The notes under the pieces were generated by a model, which saw nothing but the letters and a program-made list of their open reading frames with translations, did not search any database and was not told where the DNA came from. A DNA stretch of 64,000 nt from Octopus vulgaris. Lineage: Eukaryota. Positions 1-13,129 of this stretch are shown here, piece after piece (the first letter of the stretch is position 1; every line of letters begins with the position of its first letter). The translations under genes were made by a program, and so were the position numbers. Where the stretch lies: the NCBI GenBank assembly GCA_951406725.2, contig OX597819.1, positions 38,998,001 to 39,062,000 of the forward strand, written 5' to 3'.

Positions 1-1070
1 CAGCTCACATTTACTCATTTTCACTAAGAATATTTGGCTCAATTCAAGGCTTTGGCAAAAGGCACTTGCCCAAGATATTATGCTGCTGGATCAAATATGA
101 ACCCTCATGACAGTTAAAACAAACTTCTTAAACATTCAGTCATTCCTGCATCCATATAAAATAGGTAGTTGCTTAGGTTGTTTGGATCCAGGTCAACTCT
201 GAATCAACAAACATGTGATCAAAGTATTCAAGTCATAAGTATCTAATTAGCCCTTCGTTTTTAAAATGATAAAGTGAGGTTTGGGTGTGGAATTTGGTTT
301 CTAATAGATGAAATGACTACGTGGACATTGGTAGTATTAAACTGCAATTTTTCTTCTTTTTTTCCTCCTTTTTAAACTAATTAAATGATACTCAAACTGG
401 AAAACAAAACATATCTCCAACATTCAAATGAAAATACTATTTGAAAATATTTTTGAAATATTTATGCAATGAAAGTATTGTTTATTCTTGTTGATATATC
501 ACAAAATAATAATACTAATGATGATGATGATGATAAATAACAATAATAATAATCTGACATTGACAGCAATTAATTAAATTTTCTTGTTAATACCACTACA
601 AGTAATTGTTTTAATTAGCACAATTCTTTCAATATTTATATGTATTTGATCAGATTGTACTTATATATTATTTATGTGTGCATAAATTATTGCAAATATT
701 TTTGATGTAAACAACATTGAGTGCTATACATTTGTAAATAAATCTTCAAGAGCCAAAGAATAAGAATGAATTCTGCAAAATGAACAATGAACAAACCAAT
801 ACAGATACCGGTCATATACACCTATGCAAAAAAAATATACACACAGTCATTTATGAATACATACATGCATATACATAGATATATATGCATGTGTGTGCGT
901 GTATATATATAATATATGTATATAAATTAGAGAAGAACCACCATGTAGCAATTCAGCAATGATATAATTAAATCATACCATATAGAAAAAAATTGAATAT
1001 ATGATAAAGCATTTACTTAGAACTAAATAAAGTACAAAATAATAAATAAATAGTATATAATTAGTAAATA

Positions 1071-1152
1071 GACTACACGTGTTTCGTGGCTATATTTTCA
1101 AAACTGAATACAGTAAAATCAATTCAATTTAAATATAGTCACTCATCAGGTC
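1071..1152 (-). ncRNA. Type I hammerhead ribozyme (PLE-type)
   Basis: Minus strand reads GAC-CUGAUGA-GUGACUAUAUUU...AAAUAUAGCCAC-GAA-ACACGUGU-A-GUC: intact core, long stem II, palindromic stem III, GUA triplet, stem I GAC/GUC. Confidence 0.8.
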
Positions 1153-1550
1153 CAAGATAAAAACAATAAAATAATTAAATAAATATACATATATTCTTAT
1201 AAGAAAATATAAATATATATAAAAATACGTAATTTTTCAATAAAAAAAATTGAACAAAATTCAATAATATATCTTAAAATAATAACACAAAATATCTTAA
1301 CAAATATATTCTGTTAACTAAATCTTTAAACTTAATACATAGGACTTATTGTTTATAATAAATTTATCTCGTTAAAAACATGGTATAAATAGAACTAGAA
1401 TAAACAGATATAAATATTTATTTTATCTATGAAAATATATTTTAGCTTATAGAAGAAAAAAATAACAAACTATAGCATATCATTACTGGAAAATTCAAAT
1501 ACAAGTAATTAAAACAAAATATTTAAAATATTTAAAACAATATATATATA

Positions 1551-1680
1551 CTAGTACTTTATTTTATTGACCATGGAGCGATGAAAGGCAAAATTGACCT
1601 TGGCGGGATTTGAACTCGGAACGTGAAGAGCCGGAAATACTGCAATTATTTCCTCCGACGTTCTAACGATTCTGCTACCC
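1551..1680 (-). mobile_element. Diverged tRNA-derived SINE, family A (Meta-domain-like)
   Basis: GATGAAAGGCAAAATTGACCTTGGCGGGATTTGAACTC matches the other family A copies. Confidence 0.75.
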
Positions 1681-1764
1681 ATGCTAACTAATAATAACGA
1701 TTTCTCACATTCGCACAAGAGTGCAAAAGCTATACAGTATCGCTGATTAAAATTTTATATAACA

Positions 1765-2265
1765 CTAGCAGTATCGCCCGGTGTTGCTCGGTTTTGTAAG
1801 GGAAATAACTATATAAGCATTTTTAGAGAGTTACTTCCCTTATAGATGCCAATTCGGGCTTTCTTAGCCATTTCTGTTTTGGTGTCTTCAAGCCATGAAG
1901 TCGTTGTTCTAAAAGAACGCTGATCTCCTTGACAACACTTTACGACGTTGATTTCCTTACACTCCCTTCCCCACAGCTTCACGAGGGAGGGAAGAAGGGG
2001 GAGAAGCAAACAGGTGCAGGTGTGACCATGGACGCCAACTCCGCCGCCATCGACACACGAAAAATTATGCATTAAAATGGAATAAAAAATGATGTTAAAT
2101 TATTTTTAAAATCGTAGACTCATCGTAGACGTGCGCTAATACTCAGATGGGCTCGATATGAATCACGACTATAAGATACCCGAATTTGGTTAAACTGCAC
2201 CGCAAAATGTGGGAGTAGTTAGGAATCTAAATCGAAGGGGACAGACACTCACACAACTACAGTTT

Positions 2266-2275
<10 letters not shown>
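1765..2275 (-). mobile_element. Non-autonomous Helitron
   Basis: On the minus strand it ends in a CCG..CGG hairpin followed by CTAG. It is a near-identical inverted copy of 15056-15692. Confidence 0.75.
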
Positions 2276-2313
<38 letters not shown>

Positions 2314-2595
2314 CATAATATACATGAAGTGAAGCTAAAATACTATACTTTAATCTATATACATTAATTAATTAATTTATTTATTCATTTATTTAATAAA
2401 TATCTAAGTTAAATCTTATTCTATTTACGTAATATATACTAAAAAAACTTCAAGCTAACTTATATACATTATACTACTACAAACTATGACAAGAATTAAA
2501 AATAGAAAAATGGTTCAAATATATACACTCAAATTAGTTAAGCTTACTATACATATAATTAATTTATATATATATTTAATATTACACTCACTTAT

Positions 2596-2645
2596 AGAAT
2601 TAACCAAAGTATCAATTAATATTAATTGATACTTTGGTTAATTCT
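2596..2645. repeat. Perfect 50-bp palindrome
   Basis: AGAATTAACCAAAGTATCAATTAAT|ATTAATTGATACTTTGGTTAATTCT. Confidence 0.95.
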
Positions 2646-2897
2646 TCCACAAGATAAAAATACAGCTCAATGTTCACAGTTCTAACAGTGTTGTTGTGAT
2701 CCTGAGTGAATCATAGAAGGTCCTCTTGATTCACTTGTAGAAAACAACTGCCAGGCCAGATTCAAAAATGTTGGGACCAGTGTAAAGTGGTTCAAAGTAA
2801 CTATTTCAAAGGAGATGTTAAAACTTGGATAAATAAGTTATTTTTTATTTAACATAACTAGTCTGTAAATTTTTGGTACCACCTTTGGACAGTCTAT
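2645..2897 (+). pseudogene. Mariner transposase C-terminal remnant
   Basis: Translates to QKCWDQCKVVQSNYFKGD, resembling the mariner C-terminus RWxKCxxxxGxYFEGD. Confidence 0.5.
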
Positions 2898-2976
2898 ATG
2901 TTTTGTAGAATGATACATCAAGGATCCTTTCTCATGGGTACTTCCAGATTATTTGAATCCATATATAGTGACTTAA

Positions 2977-3050
<74 letters not shown>

Positions 3051-3157
3051 GTGAGGACCAAAATCCTTCAAAGGGATATTAAACATCTAAGTCCATCTGG
3101 GCTATGAAAGGTCTTTATATATTTTTGTTGGTCATTATTATTCAAACTAGTATGTAA

Positions 3158-3219
3158 TTCCTGACAAAGAATCTGTTTTTGTCTTTGGAATTAATTAGAT
3201 TCCGAAACAGTTTGTAGAA
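3158..3219 (+). ncRNA. Degenerate hammerhead ribozyme
   Basis: UUC-CUGACAA-AGAAUCU...AGAUUCC-GAAAC-AGUUU-GUA-GAA. Core position G8 is mutated. Confidence 0.5.
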
Positions 3220-3587
3220 CGTATAGTGGTTCTGTAACAACCTGAATTAAGTTCGTCTACACCTACAATTTTTCATTTCCTTATACTTCATATATATATA
3301 GAGAGAATTATACTAATACAGGCTTTATTAGCATGACATATATCATATATATATATATATATATACCTGTTATTAAGTGAACAATCAACAATTGGAGAGA
3401 AATTGATATTTCTGGTAGAGTTAGATGTAATATTTATACTTTAGTTAAGAAAAACAACTGTGTTACTTAAGTTTCATGGAAGAGATTCTTTGGCACTCTA
3501 TACTGAATACAAATATACACAAATATATGAAACTTAAGTATCAAATTTGTTTATCTTAAGAACTATATTAAGATTTTGTTCACATAC

Positions 3588-3910
3588 ACATGGCTCAGTG
3601 GTTAGAGCGTCGAACTTACGGCCGTGAGTTCGAATCCCAGACCAGGCTGCATGTTGTGTTCTTGAGCAAGAGCATTTATTTCACATTGCTCCAGTTCACT
3701 CAGCTGTAGAATTGAGTTGCGATGTCACAGGTGCCAAGCTGTATCGGCCCCTTTGCCTTTTCCCTTGGATAACACTGGTGGCGTGGAGAGGGGAGTCCGG
3801 CATGCATGGGCGACTGCTGGTCTTCCATAAACAACCTTGCCCAGACTTGTGCCTGGGAGGGTAACTTTCTAGGTGCAATCCCATGGTCAGTCATGACCGA
3901 AGGGGGTCTC
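3588..3910 (+). mobile_element. tRNA-derived SINE, family C (CORE-like)
   Basis: A-box TGGCTCAGTGG, B-box GTTCGAATCCC, CORE-like GTTCTTGAGCAAG. Matches 8965-9247 and 63045-63376. Confidence 0.85.
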
Positions 3911-3923
3911 AATATACATATAT

Positions 3924-3959
<36 letters not shown>

Positions 3960-4213
3960 CCATCACCCAAGGTCCTTTCCAAGCCATAAATTTATAAGGC
4001 CAATTTCCTGGATTCTCGGATGTATATATTCCACCTCTGGATGGGATGCCAGTTTAACGCAGGATTACACACTTTTGCTGGCTGAGTGGATTGAAGCAAT
4101 GTGAAATGAGGTGTTTTGCTCAAGAACACACAATGCATTGCCCTATACAGGAATTGAAACCAAAATCTTACAATCATGGGTGCAAAACCCTAAACATTAA
4201 GCCACAAGACGCA
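3960..4213 (-). mobile_element. Diverged SINE related to 4501-4742
   Basis: Reverse-complement similarity to the tRNA head and the CTTGAGCAAAACAC segment. Confidence 0.65.
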
Positions 4214-4325
4214 TCATGCATACATATAGATGTATAGTTTCTATCTATCTATTTATCTATATACATATATATTTATATACATATATATATGTACACATAC
4301 ATATGCATAATACATACATAAATAC

Positions 4326-4386
<61 letters not shown>

Positions 4387-4458
4387 CATGTGTATATATA
4401 TATATATATATATTATATATATGTATGTATGTCTATATATATATATATATATATATAT

Positions 4459-4500
<42 letters not shown>

Positions 4501-4501
<1 letters not shown>

Positions 4502-4742
4502 AGGCATGTGGCTTAGTGGTTAGGGTGTCAGCACCATGATCGTAAGATTGTGGTTTCGATTCCTGGACCAGGCGACACGTTGTGTTCTTGAGCGAAACAT
4601 TTCATTTCACTTTGCTCCAGTCCACTCGGCTGGCAAAAATGAGTAACGCTGCGATGGACTGGCGTCCCGTCCGGCTGGGGAATACATACGCAATAGAAAC
4701 TGGGCCCATGAGCCTGGCTAGGCTTTAAAAAGGCGCATTTAT
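4501..4742 (+). mobile_element. tRNA-derived SINE with V-domain-like segment
   Basis: TGGCTTAGTGG A-box, TTCGATTCC B-box, and CTGCGATGGACTGGCGTCCCGTCC. Confidence 0.8.
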
Positions 4743-4754
4743 TTATATATATAT

Positions 4755-4965
4755 ATATGTGACTGCGTGTGTACCGTTGGCGATTTTTTTCCTCTGTCTT
4801 CCCTTCTTTGGTTCTTTCCATCTCCTATGTTTCTCACGAAGTGCTTCGCTCGAAACGTTAAACCCTCCTTCTTTCCCTCCTTCCTGAGCATCCAATAATA
4901 CTATATTTGTTCCACGTCCTTGCGTTGTTATGATTTCTCTTTGTGTTTTAATGTTTGGATTAACT
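4755..4965 (+). mobile_element. HHR-bearing PLE-like cassette (HHR 4829-4863)
   Basis: GUUU-CUCACGA-A-GUGC-UUC-GCUC-GAAACGU-U-AAAC. An inverted sister copy lies at 35460-35665 and both are flanked by (TA)n. Confidence 0.65.
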
Positions 4966-5195
4966 ATATATATATATGCCTGTTATATAATATATATATA
5001 TATGCTCACATTGCCTGTAGCTACTTCTATACCAAATTTAACAGAAGTATTTGGGAAATTCAGACTGGACAATCTTCAGCAGATTATTGTTTAGATGCTT
5101 GTCTTGGATACTAGTATGAAATCATAGTATGGAAGTTACTATAAGCACTCTGACTTTCTATTTCTCTCTCTCTCCCTCTGTCTGCCTCTCTCACT

Positions 5196-5274
<79 letters not shown>

Positions 5275-5516
5275 TATAGATATATATATGTAAGTATGGA
5301 TGGATGGATGTATATCCATATCTATTTATCTACCTATGTGTGTGTGTGTCTCAGTTGAAATTGAAGTTTTATTCCATTGCTATTCAAAGTTTTCCTGTTT
5401 CTCACATGTTCTACAAGACATGCATAAAACAGGAAACTCAGAGGGAAGTAATCTCAGTTTCAAATGAAAGAAAATTTAACCTTCATCAAGTACTAATTTC
5501 TCCTGTGTCTTCTACA

Positions 5517-5553
<37 letters not shown>

Positions 5554-5630
5554 ATTTCTGTTTATACTCATTATTCCATGTTTGCATGATTAGAAAGGTT
5601 TCCTTAACAGAAGACAAAATTTTGATATAT

Positions 5631-5958
5631 TGGCATCCTTTTTGTCTCGGGAGACAATGAAGTTGCGCATAAAATAATCTAGTCCGGCTTTTACATTTCA
5701 TGTCCTAATACATTTCCTGCTGTGGCTGTGTAGTCCTATCCTGGACAAACACTCCTTCTGGCAGGTGTTGCATATGTAGCGAAGACTGTTCCTGGCTGGT
5801 TGTAATGTCATAGTTTCTTGTTGACGTCTTTTCTTGTCTTTCCATTTCTCCTCTCTGTCACTCCTTTGTGTTCCCTCTTTTACAGTACGTCGCCAATCTC
5901 CACGGTTGCTGGCAATTGCTTCCCAGTTGCTAATATCGATGTTGCAGGCCTTCATGTC
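5631..5958 (-). mobile_element. 5'-truncated RTE-clade LINE 3' end with 64-bp target-site duplication
   Basis: ORF DMKACNIDISNWEAIASNRGDWR...CNTCQKECLSRIGLHSHSRKC is a typical RTE C-terminus with a zinc finger. Direct repeats at 5567-5630 and 5959-6022. Confidence 0.85.
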
Positions 5959-6769
5959 CTCATTATTCCATATTTGCATGATTAGAAAGGTTTCCTTAAC
6001 AGAAGACAAGATTTTGATATATATTATTCTTATATGTTACAGAAACAAATTCTTTTCACTGCTTATTGCTTTTCTAACTACTAACTACTTATACACAATG
6101 AAGGAGGTAAAAACCTGTTGGGTTAGACAGTTGATGTCATATGTCTGTCCCAAGAGGGTGGGAGAGCTGCAGCTGAACAGTGTGGTTGTTATAAGGTTTG
6201 AGCTCTTTAACATGTCAGTAAAACAGGACTTTAATTTCACAGCCATCATAAATTCTATTGTTTATTACAGTAGAATTTCCCCAGGGGGAAAGTGGTGTGA
6301 GGCAAGGTGAAGAAGGGGACAAACTGAAGTAAGACATATAAGAGTGAACAAGCTGATATATAATGTACCTGACTGTGTATACACGAGTAATTATAATGTT
6401 TTTCTGTGTTAGCTTAGTGGCAATATAACATAAAAGGAAGCTTTCAGTTTTTATTCTCTATATTTTTTTGTCTATCTTTTTGAGGTTATTAACTATTTCT
6501 TTTAGTTCTCCCTCTCTCTCTCTCTTTATCTTTCCCTCCCTTGTCTCTCTTTTGTCTCTTACACACACCTTCTCCCTCTCTCTTACCCTCATACTTTCTG
6601 ACAATATTTTTTGTTCAGGGAAGTGTTTATTTGTGAGTTGTCAATATTTACTAATATATATATATATATTATCATTTCTTCTCCATACCAGTGGTTTCAG
6701 TGTAATAGCTCATTGAATATTATTGAAACACTTGACTACAAAATGATAATGAATAATAAAATCATTAAA

Positions 6770-7145
6770 AATGATGAAGATGAAGAGGGGGAGGGGGATG
6801 GACGAGGAGGAGGTGGACGAGGAGGAGGCAGACGAGGAGGAAACAATGAAGAAGAAGAAGAAGAAGAAACTGTGGTCTCACTACTTTATACCAAGATTGA
6901 GTCTTGCTATTAATGATGATAGCAACGGTGGTGGTGGTGGTAGTAGTGGTGGTAATGATAGTTATAGTGTTGATAGTGATGATGATGATGATGATGATGA
7001 TGATGGTGACAACAACAACAATGATGATGATATATGATGGCAATAATGATAAATACATTAGATATCTTCCAATTATTATTATTATTACTATTATTATTAT
7101 TATTATTATTATTATTATCATTATTGTTGTAGTTATCATTATTAT
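6770..7145. repeat. Compound trinucleotide microsatellites (GAG, GAA, GGT, GAT, ATT)
   Basis: Visible directly in the sequence. Confidence 0.95.
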
Positions 7146-7286
7146 ACTTCAATTTATTTGCAGCTAGCAGACTGAAAGAAAGGGGGTAGGGTGGTGGGAG
7201 CAAAGTATTCAGAATTTGGTATAACCAATTATAATGAATGTACACAATCATTAAATAGATGTGAAATACTAAGAAAATATTTTTTT

Positions 7287-7811
7287 AAAAAATAGAAATA
7301 TTACATTACTAAATATCTCAGAGAGATATAAGCAGTGTTGGTACGATAGAGCAGTTGTATACTGTCAACTTAATGTGACAGTCCCATGAAGGGAATCACA
7401 CCACCGCTATTTAGCCCTAGGAAGCATCAATGCTTCCTGTCAGCCTTGACACATTTCCTGTGTCCTTATGTTTACAGGGGGGAGACAAGCACCCCCACCC
7501 AGTTAAGCCTGCATCCAGAGACTAGTTTCTGAGTCTTACTCGTCATCAGTCTGGAGTAGCATGGCTTGCTAGTTGGAGATGCTTGTCTAGACCTTGTAAA
7601 CATATAATAATTCCAGTAAAATAAATCCACTGATCACAAAAAATAGAAATATTACATTTCTAAATATCTCAGAGAGATATAAGCAGTGGTGGTATGATAG
7701 AGCAGTTGTATACTGTCAACTTAATGTTGATGCTTCCTAGGGCTAAATAGCAGTGGTGTGATTCCCTTCATGGGACTGTCACATTAAGTTGACAGTATAC
7801 AACTGCTCTAT
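7287..7811 (-). mobile_element. PLE/retrozyme-like unit: 351-bp monomer plus direct and inverted partial copies
   Basis: 7287-7376 is repeated at 7638-7727, and 7727-7811 is the reverse complement of about 7347-7431. The unit contains an HHR. Confidence 0.75.
7514..7555 (-). ncRNA. Type I hammerhead ribozyme
   Basis: UCCAGA-CUGAUGA-CGAGU-AAG-ACUCA-GAA-ACUAGU-C-UCUGGA: 6-bp stem I, GUC triplet, palindromic stem III. Confidence 0.85.
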
Positions 7812-7910
7812 TTGTTTTTTGTTTAAAGCTACTACAGAAACACATACTTCTACAATTACAAGGATAAACACACATATCGATAATACACATAGAGACATAC
7901 TGCAAATATA

Positions 7911-8127
7911 CGAGGGGATGCTGAAAGGTTTCTGGCTTGCAGGGTAATGTGAAAGGCCTGGTTGGAGGCCCAATCTTCCAAGTTCTTTTACAGGGTTTAG
8001 AGAAACTGAAGGATCACTGCAATAAATGAGCAAATCAGAGAGGGGAATATGTTGAATAAAATCATAATTAACTGATCTTCTTGTATTTTCTTTTACCCAA
8101 AGCCAGGAACTTTTCATCACCCCATCG
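7911..8127 (+). mobile_element. Mariner-derived MITE
   Basis: TIRs CGAGGGGATGCTGAAAGGTTTCTGGCTT and AAGCCAGGAACTTTTCATCACCCCATCG, TA flanks, and an internal RGEYVE* remnant. Confidence 0.8.
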
Positions 8128-8573
8128 TATGACCTATGTCTATCATTGATGACCATGAATAAAGGTCCCAGTTGTCCACCCCAAAGGAACAGTGTTGTCT
8201 GTGGTTAAACAGTATGACCATTACAATTTGATACCAGTACCACCACAGGGGTTGCCAGAGTGAGGTTGTAAACAATGTTGAACTGCCTTAGGGCTTCCAT
8301 ATTCCATACAGAATTATGGGATTCATATAGGGTTCTTATGTACAGTAGATAGTTTTGTAATATTTTGGTAGGGCTAGCAGTGCAACAATAAAAATACATA
8401 GCAGTATTCATTCTAGTTCATTATGTTGTGAGTTCAGATCCCACCAAGGTCAAATTTGCTTTTTCCTCCTACAGAAGTTGATAAAATAAAGTTAGTATTA
8501 AAACGCTGGGATTAATATAACTGACTATAATTCCCTTCCCTTCAAATTTATTGCCTTGTGCCTATGTTAGAAA

Positions 8574-8604
<31 letters not shown>

Positions 8605-8881
8605 GTCATCATTATTAGTGAATGACCCAACCCATGCCAGGATGGCCAACGGACATTAAATGATGATGATGATGATGAATTGGCAGAATCATTATACTGT
8701 TAGACTAAATACCTTTTGGTGGTTAGATATGATTCCTTATGGTTTGAGTTCAAATCCTTTCTGGATTAACTTAGCTTTTCATTCTTCACAACAATAAAAT
8801 AAAGTACTAGTCAGGCACTGGGATCAATTTAATCAACTGTTACTCTTTCTCCAAACTTCTAACATTGTACCTTTGTTAGCA

Positions 8882-8912
<31 letters not shown>

Positions 8913-8964
8913 GGGCAGTGATTGGCAGAACCGTGCACACATTGGACAAAATGCTTGGTTTTTC

Positions 8965-9247
8965 ACTTCTCGGACTTGGTTGTGTATTGTGTTCTTGAGC
9001 AAGACACATTATTTTGCACTGTTCAAGTTCACTCAACTGTAGAAATGAGTTGTGACATCACTGGTGCCAAGCTGCATTGGCCTCTGCCCTTCTCTTGGAT
9101 AATGCTGGCAGTGTGGATAGAGGAGGCTGGTATGCACGGGCGTCTGCTGGTCTTCCATAAACAAGCTTGCCTGGACTTGTGTTTTGGAGGGTAACTTTCT
9201 AGGCACAATTCCATAATCATTCATGACAGAAGGTGGTCTTTACCCTT
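8965..9247 (+). mobile_element. SINE family C, 5'-truncated
   Basis: Aligns to 3588-3910. Confidence 0.8.
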
Positions 9248-9499
9248 TAGTCATTGTTTCTAGTAGAATGAGAGACCACACAGATTCATGTGTCTATGTG
9301 TACATGTACGATTGTGTGTGTTGCAAAATTGTTACAAGATGATAGAAGCTAAGGCAAATGTAGTCCAAGGATAACTAGGACAGATGAGATGGTGAACGAT
9401 CAAGATGGATGAAGAGGTGTTTTATTGCATGACTGATTATTCCACACCAGCACGGATAAACAGACATCAAACCAAAGATAATAATGATGACCTTGTGAA

Positions 9500-9549
<50 letters not shown>

Positions 9550-9719
9550 CGTGTGTGTGTATGTGCACGTGTGTGTGCGCACACATGCACGTGTGTGAAA
9601 ATGTGTTCTCATTAGTAGACAAACAGCCAGAGATTTCAATGAATACTTAACAGGAATCTACACAGGGTTGGTAGTGTTGGTCCATACAGCAATCAGTGTA
9701 ACGATCCTATACCTTAATT

Positions 9720-10110
9720 GCTGTGTATGTATATATGTGTGAGTGTGTGTATATGTATGTATGTATGTGTGCATGTATGTATGCATGTATTATGTGCGCA
9801 TGTATGTATGTGTGTATGTATGTGTGCATGTATGTGTGTATGTATGTATGTGTGCATGTATGTATGTGTGCAAGTATGCATGTATGTATGTGTGTATGTA
9901 TGTATGTCTGCATGTATGTGTGCATGTATTTATGTATGTATGTGTGCATGCATGTATGCATGTATGTATGTATGTGTGCATGTATGTATGTATGCATGTA
10001 TGTATGTATGTATGTATACGTTGTTTGTATGTACGTATGTATGTAAGTTCATTGCCTATCTATACATGTGTATGCAGGCATGTGTGTGTATGTGTATGTA
10101 TGTCTATTCA
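9720..10110. repeat. Degenerate (TATG/TGCA/TGTG)n microsatellite array
   Basis: Visible directly in the sequence. Confidence 0.95.
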
Positions 10111-10354
10111 TGTGTATCTATTCATTTACTAACGCAATTATAATCAAGCTAGAGGTACATAATCAAAAGGTAAGGTTCTGAATAACATTTCAAAGGAAAT
10201 ATATTGATATATTCATAAATATGCATATTTTCATACATGCATACTCATACACAAACACATACACACATACACAGAAATCGATCTATCATCTACATAGTTG
10301 TGTGTGTGTAAGTGAGTGTGTGTTTATATATACACATTATCTACCTCTATCTAT

Positions 10355-10365
10355 ATATAGATATG

Positions 10366-10417
<52 letters not shown>

Positions 10418-10528
10418 TATATATATATATCCCTATCTATCTCTCTTTCTCTCACCCTCTCTCTCTCTCACAATATATATATATATTTAGATACATATAG
10501 ATATATTTATATACTTTTATATATATAT

Positions 10529-10569
<41 letters not shown>

Positions 10570-10582
10570 CAGATAGACAGAC

Positions 10583-10637
<55 letters not shown>

Positions 10638-10640
10638 TAT
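10355..10640. repeat. (TA)n, (CA)n, (TC)n, (GATA)n and (GACA)n microsatellites
   Basis: Visible directly in the sequence. Confidence 0.95.
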
Positions 10641-12896
10641 ACGTCTATATGTGTGAGTGTGTACATACATTCATATTAGAAATGTGTAGATGTATATACA
10701 TCAAGAGAACCAGAAGAACTTTTCATTTGATTTTCTCAAATATTGATGTAGATATTGTCCCCCAATAAACACAATATTTCAAATCTGAAGCAATGTCATA
10801 CAATTTACAATGTGCCCATAACTTGATGCAACATCTAATAAACAGTTCCAATAAAAGCATCTCCAGAATCTTTACAATAATTGCAGAGATATCGTAGATT
10901 CTATGAAATGATCCATAAAGACTGAACCAATGAAATATCTGTAGTATGTTATGATAGTGTAATACATAGTATCAATAAAAGCAAATTGGTAGAATCATTA
11001 GGAGAGTTGGATACTATGCCATGCAATGTTTATATTAAATTCTCTACTCTTTAAGTTCAAATCTCGCCAAGGTCAGCTTTGCTTTGCTGAAATAAATGTA
11101 CCAATTTGGGACACTGTATTAGAGGAACCTTTAGACTACTGGATGGGTTGTTTTGTGTTATCAGTTCTCATTCACTGCATTTTGAAGGCAATATCTGCAA
11201 TATCGCTGGTGCCAGGGTGTATCAACCTTGCCTTTCCTTTGATAAAAATCAGTGGCATGGAGAAGGGACATTTGCATGCATGTACAACAGCTGACCTTGT
11301 GAAATAAACCTTGTTCAGGCCTGCACATTTGAAAAGAACTCTGACTAATGAAAACTTCGGTGTGAATTAAAAATTGTCTTTAAATTTGATAGAAACATAA
11401 TAAAATGTAACACAACAATAGATAATAGCAATAGTGGCACCCCAGTATGACTGCAGCTTTAAAGCTGAAACATTTTAAAGAATTTAAAGAATATGTCTTT
11501 CATCTGCTATGTAACTATGTTATGAGAAAGATAAACTTCAACTATATAGAGAAAGAGTATCACTCTTGTATAAAATCCCCTGATCTGACCTCTAATTATT
11601 ATTATGTCCATGAACAATGCAGAAGAACCAGCACTATTCAAATTATGTAAAACATGTCATACAGGACAGTGACAATGAGTAGAAACATTAATGAAACAGC
11701 GCAAATACATTTTACATAACCATGAAATTTCCTACATCAGCTGCCAAATGGATATCCTATTGATTTTGACACCTTTAGACAGTACTGATGGTGCCAAACA
11801 GTATTATAAAGTAAACACTTATATTGTTTTGGAATATACAATCATATCTGGATTTGTACCTAGAATACAAATCATAAATACACAGATTAAAAATGCTAAT
11901 ATATAAGATGGAAATTAAAGCATAAAATATAAATAAAACTTAAGAAACATACCTTGATTAAAAAAGGAAAAACATGTCAACATACACACACACACATAGT
12001 GTTCATACACATTCATATAGTATATGGTGGTTTCACATTTGTGTGAATTGCAATTAAATGAAATAAGTACTCAATACATTATATAAAGTGGTATAATATT
12101 ATTTATTCAAATCTCAGTTTTCATGAGTCACTACTCAGAGTTTCTTATTTCTGGTCACATCAGAGACATTCCAGTCATGATTTTCTTGATATTTTTGGGG
12201 CGTGGGGTGGATCATAGATTACATTATTCAATGTATCCTATTTCTAAGATGTTAAGGTATGATTTGATGGGGATATGACCATTGTATCTGATGAGTACCC
12301 ATTTATAGGCTCACTTATTTGCCTTGCTAGAAATAGGTATTATGGTGAGGTACAACTGATTCCTTTAAGTAGTAGGAAGCCTTTATAATTTGCTGATTTG
12401 AAGCATTAAACCCAAATCTAACTATGTGTATTGTATGAAGACTTGATTCTGAAATCAATGGAGTTAATCACACATTGAATCGTGGTGTCTGATTAGTAAA
12501 AGTCAATCAAATGTAATTATCACATTTGTACATGATAAATATACATTGATGATTGGTGATTGACTGTCTAATTAAGGTATCTAATAGAAGATAAAACAAT
12601 TATAATTACACCACACTAGAGTAATTAATCTGATCATAATTTCACTACATTGAGTCTTCTAAATTGGTAAGTAAAACATCCATCAAAATTCTATCTACTA
12701 CTTTTGTAACAAGAAAATAAATAATAGCAACATTCTTGAATTCCTGATTCATGAAAACTTCTGATTTTTAGATTAAAAGATTGAATACAGAATTTCTCAA
12801 AACCAGAGAACAGCAGCAAATATACATCATCTGCTATTATTCTCAATAACTGCTCATTTGTATCATCATGCCCCACTTTTATAGCCCTTTACATAC

Positions 12897-13129
12897 CTAT
12901 TTCTTTACTACCCACGAGGGGCTAAACACAGAGAGGACAAACAAGGACAGACAAACAGATCAAGTCGATTATATTGACCCCAGTGCGTAACTGGTACTTA
13001 TTTAATCGACCCCAAAAGGATGAAAGGCAAAGTCAACCTCGGCGGAATTTGAACTCTGAACGTAACGGCAGACGAAATACGGCTACGCATTTCGGCTGGC
13101 ATGCTAACGATTCTGCCAGCTCGCTGCCT
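12897..13129 (-). mobile_element. SINE family A (Meta-domain-like), full length
   Basis: tRNA-like head, GCCTTTCATCCTTT..GGGGTCGAT domain, tail AAAGAAATAGGT, and TSD TTTACATACCT. Confidence 0.9.

Noticed and set aside
6611-7251. Acidic, poly-His and poly-Ile ORFs
   Set aside because: They come from trinucleotide microsatellites.
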